From Candidatus Latescibacterota bacterium (GTDB lineage Bacteria; Latescibacterota; UBA2968; GCA-2709665): 64,000 bases of DNA. The stretch is from the NCBI GenBank assembly GCA_965205485.1, contig OZ242180.1, positions 544,001-608,000 of the forward strand. Direction: 5' to 3'. A program made the position numbers and the translations under genes. The notes below the pieces were generated by a model, which did no database searches, was not told the DNA's origin, and was given only the letters and a program-made list of their open reading frames with translations. This document shows positions 9,700-19,928 of the stretch, one piece after another (position 1 is the stretch's first letter; every line of letters begins with the position of its first letter).

Positions 9700-10536
9700 A
9701 TGAGACAGTATCTCGATCAGCTACGATATATTCTGGACCACGGCGTCAGAAAAGAGGACCGGACCGGCGTCGGCACGATCTCCTGTTTCGGCCTGCATGC
9801 TCGGTACGATATGGGAGACGGATTTCCCGCCGTCACCACGAAAAAGCTCGTGTGGAAATCCATGCTCTCCGAACTCCTCTGGTTCATCTCGGGATCCGAC
9901 AACATCAATGACCTCAAGAAAATCTATCCCTACAACAAGCTCTGGGACGGCAACTACCAGGACTACCTCAAGAGAATCGGCCAGGGTGACAACAGCGGCT
10001 CGATGGGGCGCATCTACGGCGTACAGTGGCGGGATTGGCGAGGAGCGGAGCGGAACGTGGACCAGTTGACCGAAGCGATCGACCTGATCCGCAGCAGTCC
10101 CGATTCAAGACGCATGATCGTGAACGCCTGGAATGCCGCCGAAGTCGCTCCCGGGGACGTTGCCCTTCCACCCTGCCACTCCTTCTTCCAGTTCTACGTT
10201 GCCGAAGGCAGACTTTCCCTGCTGATGTACCAGCGTTCGTGCGACATGTTTCTCGGCGTCCCGCTCAACATCGCCTCTTACTCACTCCTGCTGCACATGG
10301 TCGCCAGAATCACAGACCTGGAACCGGGTGAATTCATCCACACGCTGGCCGATGCCCACATCTATTTGAATCACCTGGACGCGGTCAGGGAGCAACTGTC
10401 ACGCGAACCGTTCCCGCTTCCGCGCATTCATATCGAGGACCGTGGCCAGAAGACCATAGACGAATTCGTCTACGACGACTTCCGGCTGATCGACTACCGC
10501 TGCCATGCCGCTGTCAGGGCCAGAATGGCGGTGTGA
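9700..10536 (+). CDS. thyA: Thymidylate synthase
   Basis: DRTGVGT, ELLWF, YGVQWR, SRRMIVNAWN, ALPPCH, YQRSCDMFLGVPLNIASY, DAHIYLNH. Confidence 0.97.
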   Translation: MRQYLDQLRYILDHGVRKEDRTGVGTISCFGLHARYDMGDGFPAVTTKKLVWKSMLSELLWFISGSDNINDLKKIYPYNKLWDGNYQDYLKRIGQGDNSGSMGRIYGVQWRDWRGAERNVDQLTEAIDLIRSSPDSRRMIVNAWNAAEVAPGDVALPPCHSFFQFYVAEGRLSLLMYQRSCDMFLGVPLNIASYSLLLHMVARITDLEPGEFIHTLADAHIYLNHLDAVREQLSREPFPLPRIHIEDRGQKTIDEFVYDDFRLIDYRCHAAVRARMAV

Positions 10537-10596
10537 CCGCGAGGCTGGAGTCGATTTCAACCGAATCGCAGCTCCCCTTTGCCGAGGAAATTCGCC

Positions 10597-13500
10597 ATGC
10601 CAGAGCCCGCAATACCCTGGCGCCCCAGGGTAATCCTCCCGGGACGCAGCTTCCGCCTGCCCGTTCAGGCCCCCGACGACAACGTCACGCTGTCTGCCGA
10701 ACATTTCGAGACGATCGCCACGAGGTGGTCCGATCGGGACGCCGCGCTCTACCATTATCTGCGTTCTCCCGCACAGGCGGGGGAATACACTCTCGGCGCC
10801 ACACACGGCGGCGGCTCAGCGGAAACAACCATCCGCGTCAGCACCCTGGACGACCTGCGCCGGCCGCACACCTATAACGGCGCGTGGTGGCCACGCCGCT
10901 GGCCTTTGGAGAGCAATTACGAGCCGACAAAGACTCGGCAGACGCTGCAGGACGAACCCGTATCGGAACGTCTCGACGACAGGACCGTCGAGTGGTGGTC
11001 CTCCCAAACGGACGAGATCCTTTGGGCACAGCTCCCCGGCGCGGAACTGCCCAAGGCCCACTTCGCCAACTGCCACCAGGGTTGCCCCAACTGCGGGACG
11101 GCGATCTTCAAATACAGCGGTTTCTATCCCTGGGTGCGCAGCCACCTGCCGTGTGATTTCAAGTCCGAGTGTCCCAACTGCGGTTCGGTCTATCCGAGCA
11201 ATGACCTGGCGAACGAAGACTATCTGTCGGGCGAATATCCGGATGACGGATACGGCTTTTTCGACGCCGAAGGCCACATCTACCTCTTCGCCGCCACCTA
11301 TCACCGGGACCAATGCCGAAGCTGTAATTCCGGAATCGACACGATGACGAACGCCCTCCGCGCCGGCGGGTTCGACGAAGCGCGGGCGAGGCAACTCGGA
11401 CTGATATTGCTGCGTTATGCAGTAGAAGAGCTATACGTGGCCTCCGTGCCCCAGTTCCGATACGGTCCCTCGAAAGGCGTGGAAGAACCCTGGGACTGGG
11501 GCCAGCCGGACTGGGCGGACGAACATGACCCGGTCCAGGCGCTGCGGGCCAAGGGAAGCATCCGTTACAGCATCGATACCCCGTATCTGATCGAGAGCCT
11601 CGCGCTGGCCTACGATACGGTTTGGCCGTTGATGCGCGAAGATCGCGAACTCGTCGAGCGAGCGCAGTCCATGGGTCTTTCCGTGCAGACCCCGGAAGAC
11701 GTCTGTCAACTCACGGAAGAGATGCTGGCCGCCCTGCTTCAGGTCACGCTTGACCGGGGCGCGTCCAGCAACCTTCCGAGAGAAAGCCAGGGTGCGCTCA
11801 TCGTGCTGCGCTGCCTGGACCGACCCGATGCGCGGGACGTGATGGATTGGGTCTACGACGAGGGGCCGGACACGCTGCGGGTCTTCACCACCAACGACTT
11901 CTTCCCGGACGGCACGCCACAGGAGGCTACTGGAGGTTATAACGCCATCCACAGCGACGGTCTGTTCGACCTGGAGCACCACCTCCGCAAACTGCGCGGA
12001 TCGCAACCTGAGGCCTATCCCGAGTCCGACTTCCCCTCGCTATTCGAGGATCTACGCGCGGCGCACGTGCCCCGCGCGCTGCAGGAAATCACGATGTGCG
12101 GCAAGTCGTATTTCCAGTTCGGGGATGGGTCCGCGCCGGGTTCCGCGGGCTTCAAGGGAGAGGGAACGATCCGGCTGGAGGACGACCTCTTTAACCCGCC
12201 GATGGATCCGAGTCTTCTCACAAGAGCCGTTGAGTTCACGGACGATCCGCTGGTGCGGGAGATCCGGTCCGCTGCAGAGGACCGTCGGCACCGGGCCCTG
12301 GGCCCCACGGTCCACGACGGCGTCGGCATCGCGATTCTCAGAACGCACGAAGCGCCTGAACGGGCCGCGGCCGGCATCGTATACGGCGATACCCTCCACC
12401 ATCGCCACCGGGACCTTCTGGACGTGCAGTTGTACGCGTTCGAGCGTCCCTTTCTGACCGACCTGGGATATCCCCAGTCCTGGGCCAGCATGTCCCCCTG
12501 GGAGTCCCACTGGGCGACCCATAACACCGTCTGGTCCGACCTGCCTCCCGGTGAACCCGTCGCCGCCGGCCGGGGGCGCCTGGTGCGCAGCCTGTTTGTC
12601 GACGGACTGCAGGTCCTGGACGTCGAGGCGCACCGATGGTCGCACGAGGAGTCGCAAGGCTGGCGCAGGCTCGGCGTTTCCTTCCGCCGCCTCATCGCCC
12701 TTGTAGAGACCGACGGAGACGGCGTCGCCCTCATCGACCTCTCACGGATCACGGGAGGCGCGGAACACTGGCGCACCTGCCGCGGGCTCGAAGGCGTATT
12801 CCAGTCGGTCAACGCGGGACTTCAGCCGCAGACCGGCACCGTCGCCGGTCCCCGTATCGAACGCGCGCAGACGGACGACCTTCCTCACCCGGACCATACG
12901 GCTCTGGCGTACATGGACGATGTCAAGACGGCCCACGCGCCACCCGCGTTCAGCGGGACCTGGCGATCGCGAGCCGAACCCGCCGTCCGCCTGGATCTTC
13001 ATCAGGTCAACGTCTCCCCCGGTACCCGCCTCTTTACGGCCCGTGGGGCGCAGGCGATGGGGACACCGGATGAGTCCAATTACCTGTATTCTCCGGTCCT
13101 CTGGCGACGGACGCCGCAGGACGACACCACCTGCGTCGATCTCGTATTCGAGCCCCGAACCGGTGAAGCGTCCCTTGCGGAGGCCGTGGCCGTATCCACG
13201 GATGATCCCGTCGCCGCCGGCGTGAGGCTGACCACAGCGCAGGGCAGGCAGATCGGCCTCTACTGGTCGCCCGGTGCCGGTCCGGCCGACGTCACGCGCT
13301 TCGAAGACGGGGCGACTTTACACGGCGCCCTCGCGGCCGTGGTGGACGGGCAGGTATCTACCGTGGGCGCTTCCGCGTTCCACTCCTCGGCGACCTCGAT
13401 TGCAGTCGATCAGGCGCGGCAGACCGGCCGCATCGTCGCTCTCGACCGGGACGGGTACACGATCGACGTGGAAGGGCTCGAAGGAATCGCCGCCGGCGAC

Positions 13501-13914
13501 CGGGTTACCGTCAATCCCGACGAACGCGCCCACAGCTACCGCGTCGAAGCTGTCGAACCCGTTGGCGCCCCGATCCTTCGCCTGACGCTGGACGTCACCT
13601 CGCTGCTCGGCCGGGCGAACGTTGTCGCGGCCCAGGAGGGTAGAATCGACTTCGGCTTTCACATCCTCGCGAAATCGGGCAACCTCAACGGTACACGGAT
13701 TCAGACCGGCGCAAACGACGACTGGGCGGTGATATCCAACGCGAGCAACGAGCGTTCCTGGCCGCCCGGCCCCGTGCGCACCACGGTCCACATCGACCCC
13801 AACAGGGGCGACGGAGACCGGCTTCAGAATCTCGCGACCGGCGCCTGGGTTCAGATCGTGGACTACGTGGTTGGCGACACGGTCCTTTTCGAGCCGGTCG
13901 GGTCGAACGGATGA
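10597..13914 (+). CDS. Large heparinase II/III-like (alpha-toroid + beta-sandwich) protein with N-terminal Cys cluster
   Basis: GAGGA RBS before ATG 10597; DGTPQEATGGYN, QFGDG, HHRHRDLLDVQLYA..LTDLGYP, THNTV resemble heparinase II/III lyases; two CPNCG motifs near the N-terminus. Confidence 0.6.
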   Translation: MPEPAIPWRPRVILPGRSFRLPVQAPDDNVTLSAEHFETIATRWSDRDAALYHYLRSPAQAGEYTLGATHGGGSAETTIRVSTLDDLRRPHTYNGAWWPRRWPLESNYEPTKTRQTLQDEPVSERLDDRTVEWWSSQTDEILWAQLPGAELPKAHFANCHQGCPNCGTAIFKYSGFYPWVRSHLPCDFKSECPNCGSVYPSNDLANEDYLSGEYPDDGYGFFDAEGHIYLFAATYHRDQCRSCNSGIDTMTNALRAGGFDEARARQLGLILLRYAVEELYVASVPQFRYGPSKGVEEPWDWGQPDWADEHDPVQALRAKGSIRYSIDTPYLIESLALAYDTVWPLMREDRELVERAQSMGLSVQTPEDVCQLTEEMLAALLQVTLDRGASSNLPRESQGALIVLRCLDRPDARDVMDWVYDEGPDTLRVFTTNDFFPDGTPQEATGGYNAIHSDGLFDLEHHLRKLRGSQPEAYPESDFPSLFEDLRAAHVPRALQEITMCGKSYFQFGDGSAPGSAGFKGEGTIRLEDDLFNPPMDPSLLTRAVEFTDDPLVREIRSAAEDRRHRALGPTVHDGVGIAILRTHEAPERAAAGIVYGDTLHHRHRDLLDVQLYAFERPFLTDLGYPQSWASMSPWESHWATHNTVWSDLPPGEPVAAGRGRLVRSLFVDGLQVLDVEAHRWSHEESQGWRRLGVSFRRLIALVETDGDGVALIDLSRITGGAEHWRTCRGLEGVFQSVNAGLQPQTGTVAGPRIERAQTDDLPHPDHTALAYMDDVKTAHAPPAFSGTWRSRAEPAVRLDLHQVNVSPGTRLFTARGAQAMGTPDESNYLYSPVLWRRTPQDDTTCVDLVFEPRTGEASLAEAVAVSTDDPVAAGVRLTTAQGRQIGLYWSPGAGPADVTRFEDGATLHGALAAVVDGQVSTVGASAFHSSATSIAVDQARQTGRIVALDRDGYTIDVEGLEGIAAGDRVTVNPDERAHSYRVEAVEPVGAPILRLTLDVTSLLGRANVVAAQEGRIDFGFHILAKSGNLNGTRIQTGANDDWAVISNASNERSWPPGPVRTTVHIDPNRGDGDRLQNLATGAWVQIVDYVVGDTVLFEPVGSNG

Positions 13915-13963
13915 CCGGTACATGAGAGACGGCATAGACGATCAGTCCGAACGTCATCTTGAC

Positions 13964-13997
13964 AGGGTGGGGCGGACATTCCTGTCCGCCCCACCCT
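13964..13997. repeat. REP-like palindrome
   Basis: AGGGTGGGGCGGACA-TTCC-TGTCCGCCCCACCCT, perfect 15-bp intergenic stem. Confidence 0.7.
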
Positions 13998-14022
13998 CAA
14001 TCCCGCAACCAAACGTGGTAAG

Positions 14023-14301
14023 ATGAACGAACCCCAGATCCAACTCGACGGTGACCCGCGCAAGCTCGCGAGAGCCATCTACCAGGCCGCGCGGGAGTCC
14101 AGCCGCGAAAAACACAGTCGCATGGCCGACCGGGACGACGTGAAGGCCGGCGTGGAAGCTGAAATCCCCGCGCTCGCGAAACAGATGGCCGAGGCCCTGG
14201 ACAGCCGCGCGCGTGACGTCTACCTGATCAACGCCCTCGAAGTCCTGGCGCTCTACTATGCCCGGAGGGAGTTGGACCAGGATTCGAACCATACGAAGTG
14301 A
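14023..14301 (+). CDS. Hypothetical helical protein (92 aa)
   Basis: ORF with GC3-rich codon usage filling an intergenic space; no motif recognised. Confidence 0.6.
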   Translation: MNEPQIQLDGDPRKLARAIYQAARESSREKHSRMADRDDVKAGVEAEIPALAKQMAEALDSRARDVYLINALEVLALYYARRELDQDSNHTK

Positions 14302-14502
14302 ACCTGCGGCGCCGCGAAGTGAAAATGAAGATAACTTTCAAAAAATAAAGAAATTGACGTGTCCACACACACTTGTGTGTGTTCATCGTGACTCATCTGA
14401 ATGGTGACGACGTTACCGAATGCGTAATATTGCGTTCGAGGGAGCCTGTCGCAGCTCTATGTGATTTCGGTAGAGATCGGGAAGGACTCTGCGGCGGATG
14501 TG

Positions 14503-14637
14503 TCAGTGGCGGTCTTTTTTTGCTAACAGGGCTTTCACCATTCGCCAGACCAGACCGGCGCCGACAATCAATACCAGCGCCGAGGAGATCAGCAGAACAG
14601 TGCGGATGATAATTGGAAGATCGTCAATGATCGGCAT
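14503..14637 (-). CDS. Putative small single-pass membrane protein (44 aa)
   Basis: MPIIDDLPIIIRTVLLISSALVLIVGAGLVWRMVKALLAKKDRH: hydrophobic helix then basic tail; no clear RBS. Confidence 0.4.
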   Translation of the reverse strand: MPIIDDLPIIIRTVLLISSALVLIVGAGLVWRMVKALLAKKDRH

Positions 14638-14736
14638 ATTGGGAGACCGGCAACCGGCAGTGCGAAATGACTGAACGAAACCGGGCGGGTTACGGGACCA
14701 ACAACAACACCCGGCCCCGTCAGTCGGAGATAGGCG

Positions 14737-15483
14737 ATGAAACATGCCACAATACTGGTCGCGCCGCGCGCGGATGACAACTGCCTGATTCAGGTTGTGG
14801 ATGCGCTTGCGCACCGGGGAATCGCGGCCGAGGCGGGGGTTCTGGACGGCCGTCCCGCGATCGAAGACGTGTTGGCGGCGTGCGTTCAACGCGGATCGAA
14901 GCGGATCGCGGTCCTGCCGTTCCTGTTTCGTGAGGACGAAGGGGTTCTGCATCGTATCCGAAAGCGCCTGGGCAGGTTTCACAAAAACCATGCCGATCTC
15001 GAAATCCACGTCGCGCCGGCGGTCGGCTTCGACGCGAGGCTGGTTGAAATTGCGCAGGATTACATCGACCAGACGGAATCCGGGCTGCACGGCGACGACA
15101 CCGCGCCGTTGCTGACGATAGAGGGATGTCTCCCCGCGCGGACGGTTTTCACGTACACGGACCTGCGAAGTGTTTCCGGGCAGATCGAGGACGTTGGCCG
15201 CATCATTCCCGGTCGTCGCGGATCCGCGGTTTCCGTCGCCGAACTTCTGAGGGAGGCGGCCGTGGGCAACGGGGCGAGTCAGGCCGTTTTTCATTCGGCC
15301 GAAGACGGGTTCTTTGCCCGGGTCTCCCTCGCTTCCGCAGTCGAAAACGGCATCCTCGTCTACCGCGTCGGCGAACATCCGCTTCCGGAAAGACTCGGCG
15401 GCCCGATACGACTGTTCATTCCCGAGACCGACGACAGGTGCGCGAACGTCAAGAATGTGGTCCGTATCGAGTTGATTCCATAG
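14737..15483 (+). CDS. CbiX/SirB chelatase-like domain fused to a molybdopterin-oxidoreductase-like (Oxidored_molyb) domain
   Basis: N-terminus PAIEDVLAAC..G.KRIAVLPFLF, APAVGFDARL; C-terminus LTIEG, FHSAEDGF, PLPERLGGPIRLFIP, NVKNVVRIEL; GGAGA RBS. Confidence 0.65.
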   Translation: MKHATILVAPRADDNCLIQVVDALAHRGIAAEAGVLDGRPAIEDVLAACVQRGSKRIAVLPFLFREDEGVLHRIRKRLGRFHKNHADLEIHVAPAVGFDARLVEIAQDYIDQTESGLHGDDTAPLLTIEGCLPARTVFTYTDLRSVSGQIEDVGRIIPGRRGSAVSVAELLREAAVGNGASQAVFHSAEDGFFARVSLASAVENGILVYRVGEHPLPERLGGPIRLFIPETDDRCANVKNVVRIELIP

Positions 15484-15590
15484 GACCGCGCCCCGCAACC
15501 TTCAGCGCGGTCCTGGCCGCAGCCGAAAAATCCCGCCTGTTCTGATCGCCGGGTATTGCCTCGAAGTCAAGAATCGGTTATTCTTTCATG

Positions 15591-15664
15591 AATCAGGACG
15601 CGGGCCTCTGTCTTACGCTCCGTCTGCCGTCCCCCCGGCAGCCTGAGTTGCGGATAGAGGCCCG
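15591..15664 (+). ncRNA. Candidate small hairpin RNA, copy 1 (C-rich loop)
   Basis: Preceded by TTGCCT-17-TATTCT (15556-15584); stems CGGGCCTCT/AGAGGCCCG and CTGCCG/CGGCAG, loop TCCCCC; paralog at 20224. Confidence 0.45.
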
Positions 15665-15695
15665 AATCAATCGAGGACCACGCAACGTAGGAGTC

Positions 15696-18600
15696 TCAGA
15701 TCTGCCCGAAGGCTTCCGCGAACTTTACAAAGTCGCCGAAACCGATGGCGCCATCCTCATCCAGATCGAATTTCGCGTCGTACCCCGCATCTCCGTCACG
15801 CAATCCGAATAATGGCGCAAACAGTACAAAGTCAGCGAAGTTGACGGCCCCGTCATTGTTGAAGTCGGCACTGGGAATCTGCGGGGGCACTGGCGGCGGC
15901 GTCACGTCCTCGGAAAGGTCCCAGATCAGCATCGAGCCATCCCTCGATCCGGAAACCAGCGTGCTCCCATCCTCCAGGAACACCACCGAATACACCCAGC
16001 CTGCGTGCCCTACCAGCGTCGCGGTCTCCGTTCCCGTGGCCACGTCCCAAATGCGGGCCGTGCCGTCCTGAGAACCGGAGGCCAGCATGCTCCCATCCTC
16101 CGAGAATACCACGGAATACACCCAGCCGGTATGCCCTTCCAGCGTGGCGACTTCGGTTCGCGCGGCCACGTCCCAGATACGGACCGTGCCGTCCTCAGAT
16201 CCGGAAGCCAGCGTGCTCCCGTCCTCCGACAACGCCAACGAATAGACCCATCCACGGTGCCCTTCAAGCGTGGCGACCTCCGTTCGCGCTGCTACGTCCC
16301 ACAGCTTCACGGTTCGATCGCTGGACCCGGAGAACAGCCTGCTCCCATCCGGTGAAAACACGACGGAGGCGACCCCGCCCGTGGGCTCGTGTCCTTCGAA
16401 AACGGCAATCTCGGCGAGCGTCGCCAGGTTCCAAAGGGTCGCCGTGCCGAGTCGCAACCCTGCAGCCAGTGTGCTCCCGTCCCGTGAGAACGCCACTGAA
16501 TACACCCAACTGCGGGCGTCTAGGGTCGCAACACCGGATCGGTTCGCCACGTCCCACAGCCTGACGGTGTGGTCGCTCGACCCTGTGGCCAGGGTGGCGC
16601 CGTCGGATGAAAACGACACCGAGCGCACCCAGTCAGCATGCCCTTCCAGTGCGTCGACCTCGGTTCGCGTGGACACGTCCCACAGCCTCACGGAGTTGTC
16701 CATCGAACCGACGGCGAGGATGCTCCCGTCGGGCGAAAGCGCCATTGACGTCAACGACCGGTGCCCGTAAACCGTAGCTGCATTCCCCGTTTCCTGGTCC
16801 CGCACGATGACGGTGCCGTCCTCCGCGCCGGAGGCGAGAATGGTGGCATGTCGCGAGAACGATACGGATATGACCGCGTACGCATGATCTTCCAGTGTGT
16901 TGATCAACTCTCGCGTGGGGACGTCCCACAGCTTGACCCTGCCGTCGGCCGAACCGGAGGCCAGCGTGGCGCCGTCAGCCGAAAACGACACGGAGCCGAC
17001 CGGACCTCCATGCCCTTCGAGACTGACGACCTCGGATTGCGCGGCCACGTCCCACAGTCTCACCGAACGGTCGCGTGATCCCGAGGCCAGCATGCTCCCA
17101 TCCGGGGAAAACGCCACGGAAGTGATGCCATTCGCATGTCCCTCGAGAGTCGCGACCTCGGATCGCGCGGCCACGTCCCACAGACTGATCGTATTGTCCG
17201 CCGATCCGGATGCCAGCCTGCCGCCATCCGGAGAGAACGCCACCGAAGCGACCCCAACCCGCTTCCGTTGCAGGATAGCGACCTGCGAACGCATGACCAG
17301 GTCCCATAGCCGGACTGTGCCATCCTCCGACCCGGAGGCCAGCGTCGTCCCGTTGGACGAGAACGCAACGGAACGGACGCCGTCTGCATGCCCCGTGAGG
17401 GTGGCGACCTTCGCGCCTGATGCGACATTCCAGAGTTCGATCTGTCCATCGTACAAACCCGCTGCCAGGTTCTCCCTGCCGGAGAATGCCAGCGTACGGA
17501 CACGACCTGCGCCCGGCAACAGCGCGGCGGCGCGGGACGCGTTCACGTCATACAGCCACACGCCGACTCCACTGGCGACGGCCAACGTTCGTCCATCCGG
17601 AGACAGCGCGACTGCCCGGTCGCTCTGCGCCATGGCGCCCTTTCCGAGGCGCGCCGTCGCGCGCCGGGGCAGTTGCCATTTCCGGTGGTCTCCGTCCATC
17701 GTGACCACGGAAGCGCCGACTGCGTCAGCGTTGAAGGTCGCCAGTTCCCGGCCGCCAAGGGTTACCACGACGGAGTTCGTGCCGGACCGGTTCCCCAGGG
17801 TCAGAGTCACGGCTGCACGGCCGTCGGCGCCCGTGCGGGTATGCTGGACGGTATAACTGCCGCTGAGCTTGCCCTGGCCGGCGGTAACCGCAAACGTGAC
17901 CGCGACGTCCGGCAGCGGATCGCCGTTCCGGTCTCTCACTTCCACGATAAACGGGTCGGCAAGCGGCCCGCCCGGTGCGCCCGCCTGTCCATCTCCGGAG
18001 ATAACCTCAAGCGCGAACGGCCGGAGCCCCGGCCACGCCGAAAGGTCCCACAACAGCACCGTGCCGTCCTCCGAGCCTGACGCGAGCGTAGCCCAATTCG
18101 ACGAAAATGCCACCGAATTGACATTGGCGGTATGCCCCTCCAGCGTCGCGACCCCGGTTCGCGCGTCCACGTCCCATATCCTGATCGTGTTGTCGTCCGA
18201 TCCGGACGCCAGCCTGCTCCCATCATGTGAAAACGCCAGGGATCCGACGCCGCCCGCGTGTCCCTGCAGGGTGGCGGTCTGCGATTGCGAGGCCACGTCC
18301 CACAGCCTGATCGTGTTGTCGCTCGACCCTGAGGCAAGGATACGCCCGGCCGGCGAAAACACCACCCCATTGACACTTCCTTTGTGCCCTTCGAGCGTGG
18401 CGATACGGGATCGCGAGGCCACGTCCCACAATATGACCGTGCCTTCCTGCGACCCGGACGCCAGCGTCTCCGCATTCGGCGAAAACACCACCGACGCGAC
18501 GCCGTCCACGCCCCCGTCCAGCGTTGCGGCCACTCGTCGCGTGGCGCCTTCCCACATTAACACCTTGCCATCATCCGATGCGGTAGCCAGCATGGTCCCG

Positions 18601-19928
18601 TCGGGCGAATACGCAGCCGCATTGACGCCATCCTCATGTCGTTCGAAGGTGGCTGCCACGGTCCTGGTGGCCATATCCCAGAGAATGACCGTACTGTCCT
18701 GTGACGCTGAAGCCAGCGTATCCGCATCCGGCGAGAACACCACGGACGTAATACCTCCTCTATGCCCTTTGATGCTATCGAACTGCATACGCGTGTTTAC
18801 ATCCCACAGCTCGATCGCTCCCTGGATGGAACCGGTCACAAGGGTGTCCCCGGCCGGCGCAAATGCGAGTGACGTGACCGCGGATTTGTGGCCGCCGAAT
18901 GCTACAAAGTAGCCTGTCTGTACATCCCAGTACCTGGCCGTGCCATCCTCCGACGCGGTGGCAAGTACTCTTCCGTCCGTTGAAAACACGACCGCGGTGA
19001 CGCTGCCCGTATGGCCTTCGAGGACGTCGACCTCTTTTCCTCTGTTGACGTCCCACAGACCCACGGCGCCGTCCTCCGATACGGCGGCGAGCGTGTCCGC
19101 TTCCGGTGAAAACGCAACCCGCGTGAAACGACCTGTTTCCGCTTCGAGGGTGTCTGCCGCGGATAGCGAGGCGACGTCCCACAACAAGACCACACTGTCG
19201 CCTGACGCTGTGGCCAGTGTGCCGCCGTCTCTCGAAAACGACAGCGAGGTGACGTCTTCCGGAACCCCGTCGAGGCTGCCGACCCGCATCCGGGTGCTCA
19301 CGTCCCACAGCAAGACGGCGCCATCCTCCGACGCCGTGGCCAGCGTGCCGCCATCGGGTGAGAATTCGACCGAGTTGACGCCATCCGTATGCCCGTCGAG
19401 GGTTGCCGCCGGTGATTGAGATGCCGCATCCCATAAGGAAACTGTGCCATCATCCGAGGCAGTGACCAGCGTGTCCCCGGTCGGTGAAAACAACGCCAAT
19501 GAAACTTTGCCCGCATGCACATCGATAGTCGCCGCCTCGGATCGCGCCTCAACATCCCAGAGCGATACCGTGCCATCCTCCGATACGGCCGCCAATGTCC
19601 CCCCGTCCGGCGAGAACGATACCGAATTGACCCGGACGTTACCCGGCAGCAGCGCCAGGGTGCGGCCCGTGGCGCCATCGTACAGCCAGACGCCGATGCT
19701 GCTGGCCACGGCAAGCGTATGCCCGTCAGAAGAGATATCCACCGCACGGCCGGCAAATCCAATGGTTCCCTTTCCCAGACGCGCGGTCACACCGTCCGGC
19801 AGATGCCATGTCCGGTTATCCTCCTCCGCGACCTCGACAGCCGTAACGGACGCCGGTAAGACGCAGAGCATTGCGATAAGCGCCAGAATGGACACCGGCG
19901 ATTTTCTGTTGAAATCCGTGTAGCGCAT
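15696..19928 (-). CDS. Secreted WD40-repeat protein: two propeller blocks, central Big-1/Ig-like domain, C-terminal dockerin/EF-hand-like pair
   Basis: Signal peptide; many LEGH..V.SV.FS.DG.LASGS.D.TV.LWDV repeats; SGDGQAG..PFIVEVRD..V.VTFAV..TGADGRA..TLTLG; ADFNNDGAVNFADF..FDLDEDGAIGFGDF. Confidence 0.9.
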   Translation of the reverse strand: MRYTDFNRKSPVSILALIAMLCVLPASVTAVEVAEEDNRTWHLPDGVTARLGKGTIGFAGRAVDISSDGHTLAVASSIGVWLYDGATGRTLALLPGNVRVNSVSFSPDGGTLAAVSEDGTVSLWDVEARSEAATIDVHAGKVSLALFSPTGDTLVTASDDGTVSLWDAASQSPAATLDGHTDGVNSVEFSPDGGTLATASEDGAVLLWDVSTRMRVGSLDGVPEDVTSLSFSRDGGTLATASGDSVVLLWDVASLSAADTLEAETGRFTRVAFSPEADTLAAVSEDGAVGLWDVNRGKEVDVLEGHTGSVTAVVFSTDGRVLATASEDGTARYWDVQTGYFVAFGGHKSAVTSLAFAPAGDTLVTGSIQGAIELWDVNTRMQFDSIKGHRGGITSVVFSPDADTLASASQDSTVILWDMATRTVAATFERHEDGVNAAAYSPDGTMLATASDDGKVLMWEGATRRVAATLDGGVDGVASVVFSPNAETLASGSQEGTVILWDVASRSRIATLEGHKGSVNGVVFSPAGRILASGSSDNTIRLWDVASQSQTATLQGHAGGVGSLAFSHDGSRLASGSDDNTIRIWDVDARTGVATLEGHTANVNSVAFSSNWATLASGSEDGTVLLWDLSAWPGLRPFALEVISGDGQAGAPGGPLADPFIVEVRDRNGDPLPDVAVTFAVTAGQGKLSGSYTVQHTRTGADGRAAVTLTLGNRSGTNSVVVTLGGRELATFNADAVGASVVTMDGDHRKWQLPRRATARLGKGAMAQSDRAVALSPDGRTLAVASGVGVWLYDVNASRAAALLPGAGRVRTLAFSGRENLAAGLYDGQIELWNVASGAKVATLTGHADGVRSVAFSSNGTTLASGSEDGTVRLWDLVMRSQVAILQRKRVGVASVAFSPDGGRLASGSADNTISLWDVAARSEVATLEGHANGITSVAFSPDGSMLASGSRDRSVRLWDVAAQSEVVSLEGHGGPVGSVSFSADGATLASGSADGRVKLWDVPTRELINTLEDHAYAVISVSFSRHATILASGAEDGTVIVRDQETGNAATVYGHRSLTSMALSPDGSILAVGSMDNSVRLWDVSTRTEVDALEGHADWVRSVSFSSDGATLATGSSDHTVRLWDVANRSGVATLDARSWVYSVAFSRDGSTLAAGLRLGTATLWNLATLAEIAVFEGHEPTGGVASVVFSPDGSRLFSGSSDRTVKLWDVAARTEVATLEGHRGWVYSLALSEDGSTLASGSEDGTVRIWDVAARTEVATLEGHTGWVYSVVFSEDGSMLASGSQDGTARIWDVATGTETATLVGHAGWVYSVVFLEDGSTLVSGSRDGSMLIWDLSEDVTPPPVPPQIPSADFNNDGAVNFADFVLFAPLFGLRDGDAGYDAKFDLDEDGAIGFGDFVKFAEAFGQI

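Noticed and set aside
14590..14736. SAM-I or cobalamin riboswitch upstream of the CbiX-like gene (CGGCAACC..GTGC; GGAGACCGGC)
   Set aside because: Other core motifs (AUC..AGAG, GAGGGA; B12 box, GCCACTG) and pairings are missing.
15588..15812. Small peptide encoded by the duplicated hairpin element
   Set aside because: The second copy hits a stop after 23 codons and changes frame; conservation is structural, not coding.
15745..19923. Long repetitive antisense ORFs and apparent repeat array
   Set aside because: Shadows of the WD40 coding repeats; not CRISPR (in-frame, degenerate, no unique spacers).
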